A stretch of 64,000 nt of DNA. Source: Ferrovibrio sp. (GTDB lineage Bacteria > Pseudomonadota > Alphaproteobacteria > Ferrovibrionales > Ferrovibrionaceae). The DNA is taken from positions 44,726-108,725 of the forward strand of contig NZ_CAXPMC010000008.1 of NCBI RefSeq assembly GCF_964218355.1, read 5' to 3'. A program made the position numbers and the translations under genes. Below are positions 27,839 through 36,226 of this stretch, in pieces. Numbering within the stretch: position 1 is the stretch's first letter; every line of letters begins with the position of its first letter. The notes below the pieces were generated by a model that saw only the letters and a program-made list of their open reading frames with translations, searched no databases and was not told the DNA's origin.

Positions 27839-28687
27839 CTACTCCGCCGCCTGCCGGCTGTCCTGCACATGCTCGGTGAGATAGCGGGCGAAACCATCCT
27901 CGCTGCGCGCCGCCTCGCAGTAGAGCCGGATATGCGCCTCGTCATAATCGTAGATGTCCCACAGTTTCAACGGCCAGGCGCCGCGCGGCGCCTCGGCAAT
28001 GCCGCCGATATAGGCGGCGGTCAGCGTGCCGGCCGCCGTTTCTTCCGAAGCCAGCAGGTCGACATCGCGGATTTCCTCGACGGTGACCAGCGATTCCCGG
28101 CTGGCATGGGCCATCGCCACCAGTTCGCGGCGGCGGCCGATGAAGACATTGCCGTTGCGGTCGGCATAGGGCGCATGAAACACCGCGAAATCCGGCCGGA
28201 TCGCCGGCAGCAGCACGATCGGGTCGCCGCCATCGGCAAAGGGATTGTCGATCACCTTCCAGTCGGGCCGGTTCTTCAGCAGGTCAGAGCCGAGCAGGCC
28301 GCGCAGCGGCATGAAGGGCAGGCCCTTGCCCGCGGCCTGGATCGCCGCATGCACGGCCGGGCAGGTTGCATCCAGCATGCGGAAATCGCCGCGTTTCAGT
28401 GCCGCTGCGAAACGATACGCCGTGCCGTATTCCCCGAGCGTGACGGCGGAGGTCTCCAGCGTGCCGACGCAGCCGGCGCCGATCAGCATCTCCGCCTGCA
28501 GTCCCGAGACCGGCACGCAGACCAGATGCAGCCCGTGCGGGCGGCGGCGGATCAGGGCCCGCGTCAGTTCCATCGCCACGCCGGAATAATCCGGCGGCAC
28601 GGCGACCTTGGCCCCATCATGAATCTGTGCTGCCAGCGCGGCGACGGACTGGACGAGGCCCGAGGCCTGCAGTGTCTTGATCGACAT
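27839..28687 (-). CDS. Family I CoA-transferase alpha-subunit-like protein (GctA/PcaI-like)
   Basis: AAGKGLPFMPLRGLLGSDL, PAIRPDFAVFHAPYADRNGN and LVTVEEI. Confidence 0.82.
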   Translation of the reverse strand: MSIKTLQASGLVQSVAALAAQIHDGAKVAVPPDYSGVAMELTRALIRRRPHGLHLVCVPVSGLQAEMLIGAGCVGTLETSAVTLGEYGTAYRFAAALKRGDFRMLDATCPAVHAAIQAAGKGLPFMPLRGLLGSDLLKNRPDWKVIDNPFADGGDPIVLLPAIRPDFAVFHAPYADRNGNVFIGRRRELVAMAHASRESLVTVEEIRDVDLLASEETAAGTLTAAYIGGIAEAPRGAWPLKLWDIYDYDEAHIRLYCEAARSEDGFARYLTEHVQDSRQAAE

Positions 28688-28760
28688 GGGCGCAATCCTC
28701 CCGGGATGGCTGTTGCCGGCATCATCGCCCGGAAGCGGCCGTCAGGCAACGGAGGATCGG

Positions 28761-28847
28761 TGGTGCCCCAGGCCGGACTTGAACCAGCACGCCCTTGCGG
28801 GCAACGGATTTTGAGTCCGTCGCGTCTACCAATTTCACCACTGGGGC
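28761..28847 (-). tRNA. tRNA-Leu(CAA)
   Basis: Reverse complement GCCCCAGTGGTGAAATTGGTAGACGCGACGGACTCAAAATCCGTTGCCCGCAAGGGCGTGCTGGTTCAAGTCCGGCCTGGGGCACCA: 87 nt, long variable arm, GTTCAA T-loop, encoded CCA; upstream TTGCGC-N16-TAATAT promoter. Confidence 0.97.
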
Positions 28848-29001
28848 AGTGAAAGCGGCCGGATATTAGCCAAGCCGGCCGGCCGCGCAACCCCCCCGCC
28901 CCGCCGCCGGCGGTTTCCGCCGCCTGCGACCGCCCGGCGCATGGACAAGGCCGCGGCCCTCCGGCATACACGCGGGGCCCTGTTCCGGAGGATGCCGTCC
29001 C

Positions 29002-29583
29002 GTGCTGCGCCCGCTTTACGACTGGACCATGCGCCAGGCCGCCCGCCCGAAGGCCGGCCGCGCGCTGGCGGTAATCTCCTTCCTGGAAAGCTCGGTCTTC
29101 CCGATCCCACCCGACGTGATGCTGATCCCGATGTGCCTGGCCAATCGCGCCCGCGCCTTCCAGTATGCCCTCGTCTGCTCCATTGCTTCCGTGCTGGGCG
29201 GCGCTTTCGGCTACGCCATCGGCTATTTCTTCATCGAGACCATCGGCCAGGCGATCATCGACTTCTACGGCTATGCCGAGAAATGGAATGCCTTCGAGGC
29301 CGCCTACGACAAGTATGGCGCCTGGGTGGTGCTGCTGATGGGCTTCTCGCCCCTGCCCTACAAGGTGGCAACCATCGCCAGCGGCGCCACGCATTTCGCC
29401 TTCGCGGTCTTCATCGTCTCGTCGGTGGTGTCGCGCAGCGCGCGCTTTTTCCTGGTCGCCGGCCTGCTGTGGAAATTCGGCCCGCCGATCCGCGATTTCA
29501 TCGAGCGCCGCCTGGTGATCCTGATGTGGATCTTTGTGATCGGGCTCATAGGCGGCTTCGTCGTCATCAAGTATCTGGTCTAG
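29002..29583 (+). CDS. YqaA/DedA-family membrane protein
   Basis: SFLESSVFPIPPDVMLIPM, GGAFGYAIG, SPLPYKV and SRSARFF; GTG start. Confidence 0.9.
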   Translation: MLRPLYDWTMRQAARPKAGRALAVISFLESSVFPIPPDVMLIPMCLANRARAFQYALVCSIASVLGGAFGYAIGYFFIETIGQAIIDFYGYAEKWNAFEAAYDKYGAWVVLLMGFSPLPYKVATIASGATHFAFAVFIVSSVVSRSARFFLVAGLLWKFGPPIRDFIERRLVILMWIFVIGLIGGFVVIKYLV

Positions 29584-29586
29584 GCC

Positions 29587-30081
29587 ATGACTGCACTGCC
29601 GACCGCCCTGCTGAATCCGCACCGCTCAGGTCTCGTCGTCGCGCTGGCCAGCGCCATCACGCTGGGGCTGGTCTTCGTTTCGCAATACGGCTTCGGCCTC
29701 GCACCCTGCGAGCTGTGCCTGTGGCAGCGCTGGCCCCATGCCGCGGCCATCCTGCTGGGCCTCGCCGCCCTGCTGCTGCCCCGTTTCAGGGTTGCGCTGC
29801 TGGCGCTGGCGGCGCTGAGCCTTGCCGTCGGCGGCGGCATCGGGGTGTTCCATGTCGGCGTCGAACAGAAATGGTGGCAGGGGCTCGCCAGCTGCTCCGG
29901 CGCCCCGACGCCCGACAGTATCGACGCGCTGCGGGCCCAGCTGCTGGCAGCACCGGTCGTCCGCTGCGACGAGGTGGCCTTCCGGTTCCTCGGCCTGTCG
30001 ATGGCCGGCTGGAACGTGCTATGGTCGGCCCTGCTCGCCCTCTTCGCCGGCCTTGCCGCGAAGCGCGCCGTCACGGAGTAG
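29587..30081 (+). CDS. dsbB: Disulfide bond formation protein DsbB family
   Basis: PCELCLWQRW (CxxC), second Cys pair ASC...VRCDE, and FLGLSMAGWN. Confidence 0.9.
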   Translation: MTALPTALLNPHRSGLVVALASAITLGLVFVSQYGFGLAPCELCLWQRWPHAAAILLGLAALLLPRFRVALLALAALSLAVGGGIGVFHVGVEQKWWQGLASCSGAPTPDSIDALRAQLLAAPVVRCDEVAFRFLGLSMAGWNVLWSALLALFAGLAAKRAVTE

Positions 30082-30091
30082 CCTGCAACTC

Positions 30092-30652
30092 ATGAACCAG
30101 CCGATGCAGAAACGCCGTCTTGCCGGAGACCCGAACCCGCGCCAGCTGCTGGAACGGATTCTGCGCGTCGACCATGCCGGCGAATACGGTGCCAAGCGCA
30201 TCTATGACGGCCAGCTGGCGGTGCTGGGCCGCCGCGGTACCTCCTCGGCGCCAGCCATCCGCCAGATGGCTGCGCAGGAGCAGAAGCATCTCGATGCCTT
30301 CGACCGGCTGCTGCCCGAGCGCCGGGTGCGGCCGACCCTGCTGTCGCCCTTGTGGCATGTCGGTGGCTTCGCGCTCGGCGCTGCCACCGCGCTGATGGGC
30401 GAGAAGGCGGCGATGGCCTGCACGGAGGCGGTCGAGGATGTGATCGACCGGCATTATGCCGCGCAGATCGAGACTCTGGGCGAAGCCGAACCCGAACTGC
30501 GCGGGCTGATCGAGGAATTCCGCCAGGAAGAGATCGAGCATCGCGACACCGCCCGCGCGCAGGGTGCCGAAGAGGCGCCGGCCTATCCCCTGCTCAGCCG
30601 CGGCATCCGCGCCATCACCCGCGGCGCCATCTGGCTGTCGGAACGGGTCTGA
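30092..30652 (+). CDS. coq7: Demethoxyubiquinone hydroxylase (di-iron Coq7)
   Basis: RVDHAGEYGAKRIYDGQ, EQKH, MACTEAVEDVIDRHY and EEIEH di-iron motifs; start 30092. Confidence 0.92.
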   Translation: MNQPMQKRRLAGDPNPRQLLERILRVDHAGEYGAKRIYDGQLAVLGRRGTSSAPAIRQMAAQEQKHLDAFDRLLPERRVRPTLLSPLWHVGGFALGAATALMGEKAAMACTEAVEDVIDRHYAAQIETLGEAEPELRGLIEEFRQEEIEHRDTARAQGAEEAPAYPLLSRGIRAITRGAIWLSERV

Positions 30653-30658
30653 CCGACA

Positions 30659-32023
30659 TCAGAGCAGCCGCCGCACCGCGCGGCGGCGCCAGACCAGCAT
30701 GAAATACAGCCCCTGCAGCAGCGGCGTCGCCACGAAACAGGCGGCATAGCCGATCCAGACTGCCGGCAGGCCAAGCTGCGGTTCCAGCAGCCAGGCCAGG
30801 GGAATCTCGATTCCGAGGATGGCAAACATCGACAGGCCGGCCGGCCACAGCACGGTGCCGGTGCCGCGCATGATGCCGCTGAGCAGGCTGGCCGCACCCA
30901 TCAGCACCAGACTCCACAACATCAGGCGCATCAGTCCGGCAGCCATGGCAGCCACCGCCACGTCATCGAGGAACAGGCCCAGCACCGGCCGCGCGAACAG
31001 ATGAACCAGCAGCACGATCGCGCCGGTCGAGGCGAGGTTGAGCCACAGGCCGGCGCGCAGGATCGCGCCGATCCGCTCGGGCCGGCCGGCACCCACGGCC
31101 TGCGCCGTCAGGATCGACGCGGTGATGCTCAGCGACATGATCGGGAACTGCACCCAGCTCATCACCAGGTTGATCGCGCCATAGCTGGCGGTGCCATCCG
31201 GACCATGGCGGTTGACCAGCCCGATCAGCGCGATTTCGGCCACCGCCATCGCCATCATCTGCAGCGCCGTGGGCACGCCCATGCGCAGGATCAGCGCGGC
31301 CAGCCGCCGCTCGAAGCGGAAAGCGGCCAGGCCGCGCAGCGACGGCGCCAGCGGGTGCCCCCGATGGCGCCAGTACAGGGCCAGCCACAGCAGTCCGGCC
31401 AGTGCGGCAACCAGTGTTGACAGCGCCGAACCGACGACGCCGAGCCGTGGCAGGCCGGCCCAGCCGAGGATCAGCGCCGGCGTCAGGAACAGCGAGCACA
31501 CTGTCATGATGGCGAGCGCCGCCAGCGGCGTGACGGCATCGCCGGTGCCCCGGCTGATCGAGGTGACCAGCCACAGCACGAAGATTGCCGGCATCACCAT
31601 CAGCATCGCCTGTGCATAGGCTGTAGCGGTCGCCTGCACTTCCGCCGGCGTGCCGAGCCATCGCATCAGATCGGCAGCCACCAGCGCGCCGCCGCAGCCG
31701 AGCACAAGTCCGGCCGCCAGCATCATCGCCAGCGCCGTGCCGGCGATGGCCCGCACACGGTCGCGGCCGCCGGCGCCCCAGGCCTGTCCGACCAGAACGG
31801 TGGCACCGCTGCTGAGCCCGATGGCGACCGACAGCAGCAGGAACATCACCGGGAAGAAGGCGGAAACGGCCGCGATCGCATCCACGCCGAGCAGCTGGCC
31901 GATATAGGCGCGGTCAATGGCGCCCGACGCCGATTGCAGCATGTTGGTCAGGATCATCGGCAGCAGCAGGGCAAGATAGGCCTGCCACACCGGACGGGGC
32001 GGTTTCGGAAGGGGCTGGATCAT
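30659..32023 (-). CDS. MATE-family efflux transporter
   Basis: LLPMILTNMLQSASGAID, VGQAWGAG, RGTGDAVTP, PRLGVVGSA and AQAVGAGR; 12 predicted TM segments. Confidence 0.92.
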   Translation of the reverse strand: MIQPLPKPPRPVWQAYLALLLPMILTNMLQSASGAIDRAYIGQLLGVDAIAAVSAFFPVMFLLLSVAIGLSSGATVLVGQAWGAGGRDRVRAIAGTALAMMLAAGLVLGCGGALVAADLMRWLGTPAEVQATATAYAQAMLMVMPAIFVLWLVTSISRGTGDAVTPLAALAIMTVCSLFLTPALILGWAGLPRLGVVGSALSTLVAALAGLLWLALYWRHRGHPLAPSLRGLAAFRFERRLAALILRMGVPTALQMMAMAVAEIALIGLVNRHGPDGTASYGAINLVMSWVQFPIMSLSITASILTAQAVGAGRPERIGAILRAGLWLNLASTGAIVLLVHLFARPVLGLFLDDVAVAAMAAGLMRLMLWSLVLMGAASLLSGIMRGTGTVLWPAGLSMFAILGIEIPLAWLLEPQLGLPAVWIGYAACFVATPLLQGLYFMLVWRRRAVRRLL

Positions 32024-32030
32024 GGCGCCG

Positions 32031-32582
32031 TCAGTAGCTGCGGAAGGCCAGCGTCGTTACGAAATTTGCCACGTCGTGAGGCCAGCCCTCGATGCTCCGG
32101 GCAAAGCCGGTGCGGTCGTCGGCAAACAGCGCACGGATGGCTTCCTCATAGCCGGGCTGGTCGCCGGCCAGCGCGGTCATCGCCCGATAGGCGGCTTCCT
32201 GCGCGGCCCGGCGCGTTTGTTTGCCGCCGTCGCTGCGCATGGCCTGCTCGACCAGTTTGCGCAACGCCACCGAGGCACCGCCGGACTGCGCCGCCAGCCA
32301 GTCCCAGTGCCTGGGCAGCAGGGTGACCTCGCGCGGCACGACGCCGAGCTTCGGCCGGCCGCGGCCGCGCGGCGCAGGCTCTGCCGGCGGCGCCAGCCGG
32401 GCGAGGATGTCGGCATCGCTGCCGCGCAGGTCGAGATCGATCACCCGGCCGGTCGCATCCTCGAAGACCAGCGCATCGCCGCCGGCCGCCTTCACGGCCA
32501 GCGCGACATCGGCCAGAGGGCCGGCCGCCAGCAGGCGGTCGCCGGCAAAGGCGGTGCAGGGAAGGGTTCGGTGGTCGCTCAT
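32031..32582 (-). CDS. DUF2239 family protein (possible ribbon-helix-helix regulator)
   Basis: FEDATGRVIDLDLRG, GRPKLGVVPREVTLLPRHWDWL, GGASVALRKLV and AGDQPGYEEAIRALFA. Confidence 0.88.
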   Translation of the reverse strand: MSDHRTLPCTAFAGDRLLAAGPLADVALAVKAAGGDALVFEDATGRVIDLDLRGSDADILARLAPPAEPAPRGRGRPKLGVVPREVTLLPRHWDWLAAQSGGASVALRKLVEQAMRSDGGKQTRRAAQEAAYRAMTALAGDQPGYEEAIRALFADDRTGFARSIEGWPHDVANFVTTLAFRSY

Positions 32583-32591
32583 GGGCAGCTT

Positions 32592-32636
32592 TTACCCGGA
32601 TAATATTCTGCTTGTCAATATTACCCGGATAATATT
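32592..32636. promoter_or_regulatory. Tandem identical operator boxes flanking the DUF2239 -35 element
   Basis: TTACCCGGATAATATT at 32592-32607 and 32621-32636; minus-strand TTGACA at 32618-32613 lies between them. Confidence 0.75.
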
Positions 32637-32664
32637 ATGAAGGCGCCGGCAAAGGAGACCCGTC

Positions 32665-32997
32665 ATGCAGCAGCAGGACCGCCGGGCGGCGGTGGCCGCC
32701 TACAAGAAACGCAAACCGGCAGCCGGCATCTACGTCGTGCGCTGCGCCGCCGGTGGCGTCTGGGTCGGCCAGAGCCAGAGCCTGGACACGGTGCAGAACC
32801 GGATCTGGTTCGCGCTGCGGATGGGCAGCAGTCCCTGCCGCAGCCTGCAGGCCGCCTGGCAGACCCATGGCGCGGACAGCTTCCGGTTCGAGATCCTGGA
32901 ACGGCTGGCCGAGGAGGAGACGGATTACATCCGCAATGCGCAGCTGAAAGCCCGGCTGGCGCACTGGCGCGCCGCGCTCGGCGCGCAGACGATCTGA
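32665..32997 (+). CDS. Small GIY-YIG nuclease-family protein
   Basis: AGIYVVRC...VWVGQS...NRIWF, LQAAWQTHG and FRFEILE; SD AAGGAG. Confidence 0.8.
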   Translation: MQQQDRRAAVAAYKKRKPAAGIYVVRCAAGGVWVGQSQSLDTVQNRIWFALRMGSSPCRSLQAAWQTHGADSFRFEILERLAEEETDYIRNAQLKARLAHWRAALGAQTI

Positions 32998-33007
32998 TGC
33001 CGCGGCC

Positions 33008-33553
33008 TTACGGCTCCAGCTCGCTGTCCCAGTAGAGGAAGTCGCGCCAGCTCTCGTGCAAATAATTGGGCGGGAAAGCCCGCCCGTTCTGTTGCAATTC
33101 CTGCACGCTCGGCATGTGCGGTTTCATTCTGGGATGCATGTGGCATTCATGCGGCATGCGGCCACCCTTGCGCAGGTTGCAGGGGGCGCAGGCCGCCACC
33201 ACGTTGTCCCAGCGGGTCAGGCCGCCGAGCGAACGCGGCACCACATGGTCGAAGGTCAGTTCATGCCGGCTGCCGCAATACTGGCAGCTGAAGCGGTCGC
33301 GCAGGAACAGGTTGAACCGGGTGAAGGCGGGCCGGCGGGCCGGGGCGATGTAGCGTTTCAGCGCCACCACGCTGGGCAGCCGCATGCGGAAACTGGGCGA
33401 GCGGATTTCCTGATCGTATTCGGAGAGGATGGTGACCCGGTCCATGCAGACCGCCTTCACCACTTCCTGCCAGGGCCAGAGCGACAGCGGGAAGTAGGAC
33501 AGCGGCTGGTAATCCGCATTCAACACCAACGCCGGACAACTCTCAGGGTTCAT
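33008..33553 (-). CDS. HNH endonuclease (conserved alphaproteobacterial type)
   Basis: LVLNADYQPLS, FTRFNLFLRDRFSCQYCG, LTFDHVVPRSLGG and ACAPCNLRKG; start trimmed to 33553. Confidence 0.92.
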   Translation of the reverse strand: MNPESCPALVLNADYQPLSYFPLSLWPWQEVVKAVCMDRVTILSEYDQEIRSPSFRMRLPSVVALKRYIAPARRPAFTRFNLFLRDRFSCQYCGSRHELTFDHVVPRSLGGLTRWDNVVAACAPCNLRKGGRMPHECHMHPRMKPHMPSVQELQQNGRAFPPNYLHESWRDFLYWDSELEP

Positions 33554-33645
33554 CTTGTCCCCAGACCCAGTTGCGTGTGTATTATCCTTACCATATGCGG
33601 GGTTACCGCATCGTGACAACTACCTTATTTAGTCGCGCTGCCGGC

Positions 33646-33654
33646 TTATCCACA
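33646..33654 (+). promoter_or_regulatory. Consensus DnaA box
   Basis: TTATCCACA, a perfect 9-mer in the HNH-esterase intergenic region. Confidence 0.4.
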
Positions 33655-33672
33655 GACTGCCGGGCGCCGCCA

Positions 33673-34401
33673 TCATACTGCGCCGCCGGCCGCGGCGGAA
33701 AAGGATTCGGCAAGAAAGCCGCCGCCCAGTTCCAGCCCGTCCATGGCGATGCCATGGCCGAGGCCGGGACTGACATGGAACCGCGCCGGACAGCCTGCCT
33801 CGCCCAGCCGGTTCAGCGCCGCATGCATGGCCTCCACCGGCACGATGTCGTCGGCATCGCCATGGATCAGCAGTACCGGCGGGCGGCCGCGGATGTCCTG
33901 CTCCAGCCCGGCGCCGAGCAGGGCGCCGGAATAGCCGAGGATGGCCGCCGGCGCCGGACTGCGCCGCAGGCCGACATGCAGCGCCATCATGGTGCCCTGG
34001 CTGAAGCCGACCAGGGCCAGCCGGTTTCCCGGCAGATCGTGTTTCGCCAGTTCAGCATCGAGAAAGGCATCCAGGATCGCCGCAGATGGCAGGGCGGCGT
34101 CGCGCATCTGCGCATAGATGGCCGCCGTCTGGTGCGGATCGCGCCGCAGCAGGTCGGGATCGTAGGCATCGAGGGCGAACCACTGCCGGCCGCCGCCCAT
34201 GCCGGGCGGGAATCCCGGAATGCGGCCCGGCGCATGCGGCGCGACGAAAGCCGCATCGGGCAGCAGCCGGCGCCATTGCATGCCCAGCTCGATCAGGTCG
34301 TTGCCGTCGGCGCCGTAGCCGTGCAGCAGCACCACCAGTTTCTGCGCCCTGCCGGTGGCGGCCGGCAGCCGCGGGCCATCGAGTGTCTGCATCTGCGTCA
34401 T
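33673..34401 (-). CDS. Phospholipase/carboxylesterase (alpha/beta hydrolase)
   Basis: LLHGYGADG, GFSQG nucleophile, HGDADD and GLGHGI; start trimmed to 34401. Confidence 0.9.
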   Translation of the reverse strand: MTQMQTLDGPRLPAATGRAQKLVVLLHGYGADGNDLIELGMQWRRLLPDAAFVAPHAPGRIPGFPPGMGGGRQWFALDAYDPDLLRRDPHQTAAIYAQMRDAALPSAAILDAFLDAELAKHDLPGNRLALVGFSQGTMMALHVGLRRSPAPAAILGYSGALLGAGLEQDIRGRPPVLLIHGDADDIVPVEAMHAALNRLGEAGCPARFHVSPGLGHGIAMDGLELGGGFLAESFSAAAGGAV

Positions 34402-35147
34402 GCTCCCGCGTTGTCGGCGCCGGCATCGGTGGTCAGGCGCTGCTGCGTCACCGCATAGTAGCGCCACAGCAGCCGCGCGGCGACGCTGCGATAGGGCCGC
34501 CAGCTTTCCGCCAGTGCATCCATGCGTTTCACGTCGGGCCGCGCCTTCAGTCCGAACAGCCGCTTCATCGCTTCCTGCAGGGCCACGTCATGGGCCGGCC
34601 AGACATCGCCGCGGTCGAGCAGGAACATCAGGCAGATCTCCGCCGTCCAGCGGCCGACGCCCTTCACGGCGGTGAGCATCTCGGTGGCGGCGTGATCGTC
34701 CAGTTTCGGCAGCAGCGCGAGATCGACGGCGCCGGATTTCACCGCCTGTGCCAGATGCCGCACATACCTGATTTTCGGCCCGCTGAGGCCGCAGGCCCGC
34801 AGGCGCGGTTCGCTCAGTTTCAGCAGCCGCTCGGCCGAGAACACGCCATTGGCGCGCCCCGTGACCGCGGCTTCCAGCCGGCCCCAGATGGTGGCGGCGG
34901 CGGCCACCGAAATCTGCTGCTCGACGATAATGCGGCACAGGTTGGAGAAATCCGCCGGCCGCCGCCGGTCGGCAACGAACCCGACCGCCGACAGCGCGGC
35001 AGCGAAACGCGGCTCGCGCGCGCACAGCGCGTCGATGGCGGCCAGCGTCTGCCGGCGGCGGTCCGGCCGCACCCGCGGCTGCATGATCGCGGGCGGTTTT
35101 GCTGCAATCGGGGCTGCGGGCTTTTTCTTTGCGGGTGACTTTGTCAT
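34398..35147 (-). CDS. DNA-3-methyladenine glycosylase II (AlkA/HhH-GPD family)
   Basis: IVEQQISVAAA, LRACGLSGPK, VKGVGRWTAE, WPAHDVAL and WRPYRSVAARLLW. Confidence 0.92.
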   Translation of the reverse strand: MTKSPAKKKPAAPIAAKPPAIMQPRVRPDRRRQTLAAIDALCAREPRFAAALSAVGFVADRRRPADFSNLCRIIVEQQISVAAAATIWGRLEAAVTGRANGVFSAERLLKLSEPRLRACGLSGPKIRYVRHLAQAVKSGAVDLALLPKLDDHAATEMLTAVKGVGRWTAEICLMFLLDRGDVWPAHDVALQEAMKRLFGLKARPDVKRMDALAESWRPYRSVAARLLWRYYAVTQQRLTTDAGADNAGA

Positions 35148-35170
35148 AAGCTGGCGGGCAGGAATCGATC

Positions 35171-36094
35171 ATGCAGTCTGGCATCGTTACCCGCTTCGCG
35201 CCAAGCCCGACCGGCTGGCTGCATCCCGGCCATGCCCTGTCGGCCGGGATCGCGGCCCTGCATGCCCGTGCGGCAGGCGGACGTTTCCTGCTGCGCATCG
35301 AGGATATCGACACCACCCGCTGCCGCCCGGAATACAGCGACGCGATTCTCGCGGACCTGGCCTGGCTCGGCCTGCACTGGGAACAGCCGGTGCGCCGCCA
35401 GTCGCAGCATTTTGCCGCCTATGCCACGGCCCTGGACGATCTGAAGCAGCGCGGCCTGCTCTATCCCTGCTTCTGCACGCGCAGGCAGATCCAGGCCGAG
35501 ATCGCGGCGGCCGGCGGCGCGCCGCATGGTTTCGACGGCGCCCTCTATCCCGGCACCTGCCGCGGTCTCGCCGAAAGCGCACGGCAGGACCGCATCGCCG
35601 CCGGCGGGAATTACGCCCTGCGGCTGGATATGGCCGCCGCCTGCCGGCAGGTCGCCGGCTGGCCGTTGCGGTGGCAGGACGGAACGGCCGGGCCACAGGC
35701 GGTGACAGCCGACCTGCTGCTGGCCGGCTTCGGCGATGTGGTGCTGGCACGCAAGGATATCCCGGCCAGCTATCATCTCTGCGTCACCCATGACGATGCC
35801 CTGCAGGGGATTACCCTGGTCACCCGCGGACAAGACCTGTTCCCGGCCACCCATCTGCACCGGCTGCTGCAGGCGCTGTTCGGCTGGCCGGTGCCGGCCT
35901 ATGCCCATCACCGTCTGCTGGCCGACGAAAGCGGCGAGCGGCTGGCCAAGCGCAGGGGCGCCGCCAGCCTGCGCGACCTGCGCATGGCCGGTGCCAGCCC
36001 GGCCGCGGTCTGGCGGCAGGTCGGCCTCGATCCCGCGGATATGGAAAAAATGGCGGAAAGTGTTTCACGTGAAACACCCCGCGAACGATCATAG
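35171..36094 (+). CDS. gluQ: Glutamyl-queuosine tRNA(Asp) synthetase
   Basis: TRFAPSPTGWLHPGH, LLRIEDID, YPCFCTR, YPGTCR, VTHDDALQGITLVTRGQDL and RLAKR; lacks the GluRS anticodon domain. Confidence 0.92.
   Translation: MQSGIVTRFAPSPTGWLHPGHALSAGIAALHARAAGGRFLLRIEDIDTTRCRPEYSDAILADLAWLGLHWEQPVRRQSQHFAAYATALDDLKQRGLLYPCFCTRRQIQAEIAAAGGAPHGFDGALYPGTCRGLAESARQDRIAAGGNYALRLDMAAACRQVAGWPLRWQDGTAGPQAVTADLLLAGFGDVVLARKDIPASYHLCVTHDDALQGITLVTRGQDLFPATHLHRLLQALFGWPVPAYAHHRLLADESGERLAKRRGAASLRDLRMAGASPAAVWRQVGLDPADMEKMAESVSRETPRERS
36061..36076. other. parS: parS centromere-like site (perfect)
   Basis: TGTTTCACGTGAAACA, within the last codons of gluQ (VSRET). Confidence 0.85.
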
Positions 36095-36181
36095 ATGCAA
36101 CCGATTGATCTGCAAGGATTCAGATCAATGAGCGCCCAGGATCGGGTATATTGTCCTGAATATCAGCGCATGTTCGATGGG

Positions 36182-36197
36182 TGTTTCACGTGAAACA
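36182..36197. other. parS: parS centromere-like site (perfect)
   Basis: TGTTTCACGTGAAACA inside a 22-bp palindrome (36179-36200), 121 bp from the first copy. Confidence 0.88.
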
Positions 36198-36226
36198 CCC
36201 CCTCCCGCCGGACCGGCCAGGTGGAC

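Noticed and set aside
28688-28847. Genomic island integrated at tRNA-Leu
   Set aside because: No integrase next to the tRNA 3' end, no duplicated tRNA 3' end seen in 1-28760, and no obvious compositional break.
33008-33553. HNH as a restriction or defence nuclease
   Set aside because: It is the common alphaproteobacterial HNH found beside alkA and gluQ; there is no methylase or defence partner.
33555-36200. Replication origin in this window
   Set aside because: Only one perfect DnaA box, no extended AT-rich unwinding element, and no hemE, dnaA or parAB.
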